Shown: positions 59,146 to 64,000 of the stretch, in pieces
Position numbering within the stretch: the stretch's first letter is position 1
How the letters are laid out: each line of letters begins with the position of its first letter
Position numbers and translations under genes: made by a program
Source of the DNA: Candidatus Dadabacteria bacterium
GTDB taxonomy: Bacteria > Desulfobacterota_D > UBA1144 > Nemesobacterales > CSP1-2
DNA length: 64,000 nt
Assembly: GCA_040289575.1 (NCBI GenBank)
Contig: PSLL01000006.1
Location: forward strand, 1-64,000
Direction of reading: 5' to 3'
Notes under the pieces: model-generated
Told to the model about the DNA's origin: nothing
Databases searched by the model: none
The model's input: only the letters and a program-made list of their open reading frames with translations

Positions 59146-60702
59146 TCAATGCCTAAAATGTCTTACTCCCGTAAATATCATCGCGATTCCATACTCGTCT
59201 GCGGCGGCTATGATCTCTTTGTCTCTTACTGAGCCGCCCGGCTGAACTATGGCGGTAATCCCCGCCCTTGCCGCCTCGTCAATCCCATCGCGGAATGGAA
59301 AAAAGGCGTCGGATGCAAGCACAGTTCCCTTTATAGGAAGCCTAGCTTTCATGACTGCGATTTTAACAGAATCCACACGGCTCATCTGCCCAGCTCCGAT
59401 CCCAACCGTCTGCCCCTCACGTGCAAACACGATGGCGTTTGACTTTACGTGCTTGCACACCTTCCATGCGAATTTAAGTACCCGGATTTCTTCATCCGTA
59501 GGCTCGCGTTTTGTCACAACCTTAAAATTCGTAAAATCCTCATCGGCTCTCAGGTCTCTATCCTGAATGAGAGCACCGCCTGTTATCTTTTTTAAATCAA
59601 TCCCGCTTTTTGGTTTGATAAGAGGGAGGGTCTTCATAACCCTCAGATTCTGCTTGGTCGAGAGCAAATCGAGTGCCTTTTGTGTGTATCCCGGCGCAAT
59701 TACAACCTCAAGAAACATACCGGCAATCTCCGCGGCTGCATTTTCATCAACTTCGGTGTTAAAGGCAACGATTCCTCCAAATGCACTTTCAGGGTCGCAC
59801 TCCCTTGCCTTGAGAAAAGCCTGAAGGGAATTCTCGGCGGTTGCGACTCCACAGGGGTTGTTGTGCTTCACTATAACACAGGCAGTTTCCGAAAACTCTT
59901 TTACCGCTTCGAGTGCAGCGTCTGTATCATAAATATTATTGAGTGAAAGCTCCTTTCCCTGGATTTGAACCGCATTTGAAACACACGGCTCTTCTATACC
60001 CGGCTGAATATAAAATGCCCCTTCTTGGTGTGGGTTTTCACCATATCTGAGCTTCATCCGCTTTTCAAAGTAAAGCGACAAATTCGCAGGGAATTTAGTC
60101 CTCTTACCGTCTTCAATTGAATTTAAGAAATTAGATATTGCGCCGTCATATCGCGATACATAAGAGAAGGCCTTGAGGGCAAGACGAAGATTGGTTTCAA
60201 CCGATACCGAGCCCTTATTCATTCTTAGCTCGTCTATTACGGCTCTATAATCATTAGGAGAAACCAAGGGGGTTACATATTTATAATTCTTCGCCGCCGC
60301 GCGGATGAGTGTGGGGCCCCCAATATCAATATTTTCAATCGCCTCGCTCAGAACTACCTCTTCGCTTTTAACTACATCCTCAAACGGATAGAAATTCACC
60401 ACTACCATGTCTATGGGTTCAATTCCATGTTGCTCCATGTCTCTGATATGGGTCTCATCATCCCGCACGGCGAGAATGCCCGCGTGGATTTTAGGATGGA
60501 GTGTTTTTACTCTGCCCCCTATGAGTTCTGAGAACCCGACATAATCTGAAATCTCTATTACCTCAATACCCGCGTCCCTTAGCAGCTTCGCCGTGCCTCC
60601 AGTAGAGAGTATTTCAATATCGAAATCCTTAAGTTCCTTTGCGAACTTACTTATCCCCTCTTTTTTCCACAAGCTTATAAGTGCCCTTTTTACCCTTCCC
60701 AT
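59146..60702 (-). CDS. purH: Bifunctional AICAR formyltransferase/IMP cyclohydrolase
   Basis: GRVKTLHP, IDIGG, RYGENPHQ, GAGQMSR, SDAFFPF and RHFRH motifs. Confidence 0.98.
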   Translation of the reverse strand: MGRVKRALISLWKKEGISKFAKELKDFDIEILSTGGTAKLLRDAGIEVIEISDYVGFSELIGGRVKTLHPKIHAGILAVRDDETHIRDMEQHGIEPIDMVVVNFYPFEDVVKSEEVVLSEAIENIDIGGPTLIRAAAKNYKYVTPLVSPNDYRAVIDELRMNKGSVSVETNLRLALKAFSYVSRYDGAISNFLNSIEDGKRTKFPANLSLYFEKRMKLRYGENPHQEGAFYIQPGIEEPCVSNAVQIQGKELSLNNIYDTDAALEAVKEFSETACVIVKHNNPCGVATAENSLQAFLKARECDPESAFGGIVAFNTEVDENAAAEIAGMFLEVVIAPGYTQKALDLLSTKQNLRVMKTLPLIKPKSGIDLKKITGGALIQDRDLRADEDFTNFKVVTKREPTDEEIRVLKFAWKVCKHVKSNAIVFAREGQTVGIGAGQMSRVDSVKIAVMKARLPIKGTVLASDAFFPFRDGIDEAARAGITAIVQPGGSVRDKEIIAAADEYGIAMIFTGVRHFRH

Positions 60703-61028
60703 CTCTTATAACCGCTCCTTTGACTTTTACACATTTATAAATCAAATGCAATAATTCTAACTGGATATTTGTAATAATCTAGGCGACTACCCACACATAA
60801 CATTCTCCAGAGGATATTTTATGTATGATAAATATCGAATCGGCAAGATGAAAATTAACACGGCTTTTGAGAAATTGTCAACTCTTGCATATAATATTTT
60901 AAGTTTATTTAGGCTAGCCGAATAGTCTCGGATAATTGTCGTTTTTGCTTCCCATAACGACAGATAACTAGGATTATCTCGGTAACACCTATAGTAGGAA
61001 CATAGTATTAACTTTTAAGGAGTGGTAT

Positions 61029-62003
61029 ATGAAAAATCAGAGGGCGATAAACTTAAAGGTTGGAATATTCGTCTTAATCTCGCTTTTTATATTCGCGGTT
61101 TTTATCTTTGCCCTTGGCAGTGAGAGCAGTCTTTTCAAAAAAACCTACACGGTTCAAACATCATTTACAAATGTAGCCGGGCTTTCCGAAGGAGCCTCGG
61201 TCAGGCTTTCGGGATTGCGAATCGGAAGCGTTAAACAAATCAAATTCCCTGAAAACCCCAATAACAACTTCATAATAGTAACTATGGAGATAAACCAAGA
61301 AGGCATAAGAAGAATAGGCTCCGACTCAGTGGCAACAATTAGAACCGAAGGACTCCTCGGCGATAAGTACATAGAGATTTTAAAAGGAACAACCCCATTG
61401 CCTGAGAAGATTCCCGAGGTGGTAAGTATTAAGAGTTACACACCTCCAGAGATTGAAAAACTCCTTGGGCAATCCGAAGAGCTAGTAAATAACATAACAA
61501 GCATATCTCAGAACCTAGATGAGCTCGTGAAGGCCTTCAGCACAGAGGAAAACGTTCAGAATATATCAAAGACGATTGCGTCACTAAGGAGAACCCTGGA
61601 GGGCAGTGAAAAAACCCTTGCCAAGGTTGACACAGCCGTCTCCACGCTAAATGCACTGCTCGTGGAGGTCAAAACGGGAAACGGGGTTCTTAACGCCCTA
61701 GTCTATGATAAAAATCTAAGAGCAAAGCTAGACCAAGCAATCGCAAACATAAATTCAGCTGCTCAGGAAATTGGAGGCGATAACGGAATGGCCATCGAGC
61801 TAAAAAAGACCCTATCAAACTTTAGAGAAATATCAGAAAAGCTGAACGGTGGAGAAGGGACACTCGGCGCGCTAATAAATGACCCTGCGCTCTACGACCA
61901 GGTAAAGGGACTTGTAGGGGAATCGCAGAGAAGTAAGTTTGTGCGTACAGCAATCAGATACTTGATTAACAACAAAAACAAAGAATCTAACCAGAAGAGG
62001 TAG
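61029..62003 (+). CDS. MlaD/MCE family protein
   Basis: KVGIF TM, GL..GASV..SG..IG.V, GLLGDKYI and GTLGALIND motifs. Confidence 0.9.
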   Translation: MKNQRAINLKVGIFVLISLFIFAVFIFALGSESSLFKKTYTVQTSFTNVAGLSEGASVRLSGLRIGSVKQIKFPENPNNNFIIVTMEINQEGIRRIGSDSVATIRTEGLLGDKYIEILKGTTPLPEKIPEVVSIKSYTPPEIEKLLGQSEELVNNITSISQNLDELVKAFSTEENVQNISKTIASLRRTLEGSEKTLAKVDTAVSTLNALLVEVKTGNGVLNALVYDKNLRAKLDQAIANINSAAQEIGGDNGMAIELKKTLSNFREISEKLNGGEGTLGALINDPALYDQVKGLVGESQRSKFVRTAIRYLINNKNKESNQKR

Positions 62004-62006
62004 AAA

Positions 62007-62082
62007 TGGAGCGGGCGACGGGATTCGAACCCGCGACCCCAAGCTTGGGAAGCTTGTACTCTACCAACTGAGTTACGCCCGC
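62007..62082 (-). tRNA. tRNA-Gly (anticodon CCC)
   Basis: GCGGGCG TAACTCAGTTGGTAGAGT A CAAGC TTCCCAA GCTTG ... GGTTCGAATCCC ... CGCCCGC TCCA; 76 nt with encoded CCA. Confidence 0.97.
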
Positions 62083-62181
62083 TCTAAAGAAGAAATTTAT
62101 TATAGCACAAGATAAAAGTCAATAATTGCCCACAACCAATTAACTTATACCTCTTGACCATATTAAGATATAATACACTGC

Positions 62182-63084
62182 GTGACAAAGCATCGTAAGA
62201 CCGGACACCTTATTACAGAAAAGGTTAATCCTCGAACGAGTAATATTGATGAACTCCCTACTCTTCGTATTATCGAGTTGATTTCTGAAGAGGATAAGAG
62301 GGTCGCAGATGCCGTCGCCGAGCAGAAGGAGAATATAGCTAAGGCCGTTGATTTAATTGTTGACAGGCTCTCACGAGGCGGACGTTTGTTTTTTATAGGA
62401 GCGGGAACAAGTGGGCGCTTGGGTGTCATGGAAGCGGCTGAATGTCCGCCGACATTTGGGACAAAACCGAGTTTAATCATAGGGATTATTGCCGGGGGTA
62501 AAAAAGCACTGTGGCACTCAATAGAGGGAGCAGAAGATTCCAGAACCGAATCACAAATGGCACTAAGTATGATGGGATTAAACAAAAGCGATATAGTCAT
62601 TGGAATTGCTGCAAGCGCGACAACTCCATTTGTTGAAGGTGCATTATCTTATGCAAAAAAAAGGCATGCGGCGCGGGTTCTTATTACATGCAACCCAGTT
62701 AATTCGCTCCTTTCGAATGTTACTATTTCCCTGCTTGTAGGCCCCGAAGTTATATTAGGCTCTACAAGGATGAAGGCGGGAACTGCAACAAAAATGGTTC
62801 TGAATATGTTGACCACAGCCGCAATGATTCGACTCGGCAAAACCTATGGAAATCTCATGGTTGAGGTAAGACCGCATTCAGAAAAGCTAAGAGATAGAGC
62901 AAGGCGGATCGTTGTACAAATCTTAGGCATCAATCAAAAAGAAGCACAGAGATTGCTCAATAAATCCAATTGGGATGTAAAGGCCGCCGTGGTTATGAGA
63001 AGGAAGAAAATGAGTTACAAAAAGGCAAAAGAGCTTCTAGAAAAGCACAGCGGATTTTTGCGCGCCGTGCTGGAATCTGAGTAA
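62182..63084 (+). CDS. murQ: N-acetylmuramic acid 6-phosphate etherase
   Basis: TEKVNP, GAGTSGRLG, ECPPTFG, EGAED, GPE and STRMKAGTA motifs. Confidence 0.96.
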   Translation: MTKHRKTGHLITEKVNPRTSNIDELPTLRIIELISEEDKRVADAVAEQKENIAKAVDLIVDRLSRGGRLFFIGAGTSGRLGVMEAAECPPTFGTKPSLIIGIIAGGKKALWHSIEGAEDSRTESQMALSMMGLNKSDIVIGIAASATTPFVEGALSYAKKRHAARVLITCNPVNSLLSNVTISLLVGPEVILGSTRMKAGTATKMVLNMLTTAAMIRLGKTYGNLMVEVRPHSEKLRDRARRIVVQILGINQKEAQRLLNKSNWDVKAAVVMRRKKMSYKKAKELLEKHSGFLRAVLESE

Positions 63085-63127
63085 ATTGAGGAGGGGGTTC
63101 GAAACCCGTCGCTTCTAAATAAACGAA

Positions 63128-64000
63128 ATGAACCAACTAAACTCAATCTTTAATAAACAAGAAAAACTGGTGGTGGGTCTAATGTCGGGCACGTCTATGG
63201 ACGGGATTGACGCCGCCTTGGTAAGGATTAAAGGGCACGGATTGGAAACTAAAATTGATCTGATTGAGTTTATTTGCCTGCCATATCAATCCCCTCTTCT
63301 TCAGAGCTTAGAAGAGGCAACCCTAAAAGGCTCAACACGCCAAATCTCAGAAATTAACTTTCTCGTAGGCAGGGCATTTGCAGATGCAGCTTTAGCCGTA
63401 ATTAGAAAAGCCGGAATGCAGGCTGCAGACATTGACTTAATAGGCTCTCACGGTCAGACCGTTTTTCACAACCCCCCCTCTTCAAAAATTGGCGTCCCCT
63501 CTACACTTCAGATTGGAGAGTTGGACGTCATTGCTGAGCATACGGGAATAACCACAATCGGCGACTTTAGAACCCGCGATGTAGCCGCAGGGGGTGAAGG
63601 TGCACCTCTTGTTCCTTATGCGGATTACATTCTATTCTGCAAATCCGGGAAAGCCCGTATCGCTCAAAACATTGGCGGTATTGCAAACGCCACAGTAGTT
63701 GCCGAGTGTATAGATGATGTAATTGCGTTTGATACAGGGCCGGGGAATATGCTCATGGACAACGTACTGAGATTGGTTACGAATGGGAAAGAAAAATATG
63801 ACATTGATGGAAAGCATGCTTCAGGAGGCTCGGTTAATAAAGGTCTACTCGAGAAGCTTCTATATCATCCATTCTTCATTCAGCCACCTCCAAAATCCAC
63901 AGGGGCAGGGGTTTTCGGAAAGGAAATGGCGCATGAGATTTATACACTGTCTAAAGAGAAAGGGATTTCACTGAGTGATTTGATGAGGACACTCTTAGAG
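63128..64000 (+). CDS. anmK: Anhydro-N-acetylmuramic acid kinase, partial (runs off right edge)
   Basis: Manual translation gives GLMSGTSMDGIDAAL, GSHGQT, TLQIG, DFR..D.AAGGEGAPLVP, NIGGIAN, AFDTGPGN and PPKSTG. Confidence 0.96.
   Translation, partial: MNQLNSIFNKQEKLVVGLMSGTSMDGIDAALVRIKGHGLETKIDLIEFICLPYQSPLLQSLEEATLKGSTRQISEINFLVGRAFADAALAVIRKAGMQAADIDLIGSHGQTVFHNPPSSKIGVPSTLQIGELDVIAEHTGITTIGDFRTRDVAAGGEGAPLVPYADYILFCKSGKARIAQNIGGIANATVVAECIDDVIAFDTGPGNMLMDNVLRLVTNGKEKYDIDGKHASGGSVNKGLLEKLLYHPFFIQPPPKSTGAGVFGKEMAHEIYTLSKEKGISLSDLMRTLLE

Noticed and set aside
63087..63116. tRNA 3' fragment or attachment site between murQ and anmK
   Set aside because: There is only a short gggttcgaaaccc hairpin, with no acceptor stem, CCA or integrase. 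It fits a degenerate REP better.
1..64000. Genome-wide TAG reassignment (code 15-like)
   Set aside because: Conserved genes (efp, livG, tolC 54113, mlaD) end at TAG at the expected lengths.

Overview
Bacterial chromosome segment of moderately low GC. The gene style suggests a Desulfobacterota/Ca. Dadabacteria-like organism, but this is inference only. From left to right it holds: (i) the 5' part of a GC-rich DNA methyltransferase behind an att-like junction, then cysS and a FabL-like SDR; (ii) a ~30 kb envelope glycan/phospho-modification region (cytidylyltransferases, a CDP-alcohol phosphotransferase, seven GT4s, asnB-like amidotransferase, SGNH hydrolase, deacetylase, epimerase) interleaved with a CusRS-like two-component system and a TolC-MFP-RND pump; (iii) housekeeping genes (livGF, mscS, mutL, yacG, efp); (iv) a c-di-AMP riboswitch ahead of a KimA-like transporter with an internal amber stop; (v) a decaying TetR-MFP-RND-MFS efflux operon with divergent TolC; (vi) purH, mlaD, tRNA-Gly(CCC), murQ and partial anmK. 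The strongest unexplained signal is three identically spaced OmpR/CusR-type promoter arrays (18255, 22690, 29613). Each lies directly upstream of a duplicated copy of an envelope-modification gene, which suggests recruitment of gene copies into a two-component regulon. Also notable: one TetR-type operator (TAAGTAA-N4-TTACTTA) is shared by the efflux locus and a cytidylyltransferase promoter 48 kb away, and EF-P carries Gln at the normally modified Lys34 position. No CRISPR array, rRNA, transposase or integrase was seen.
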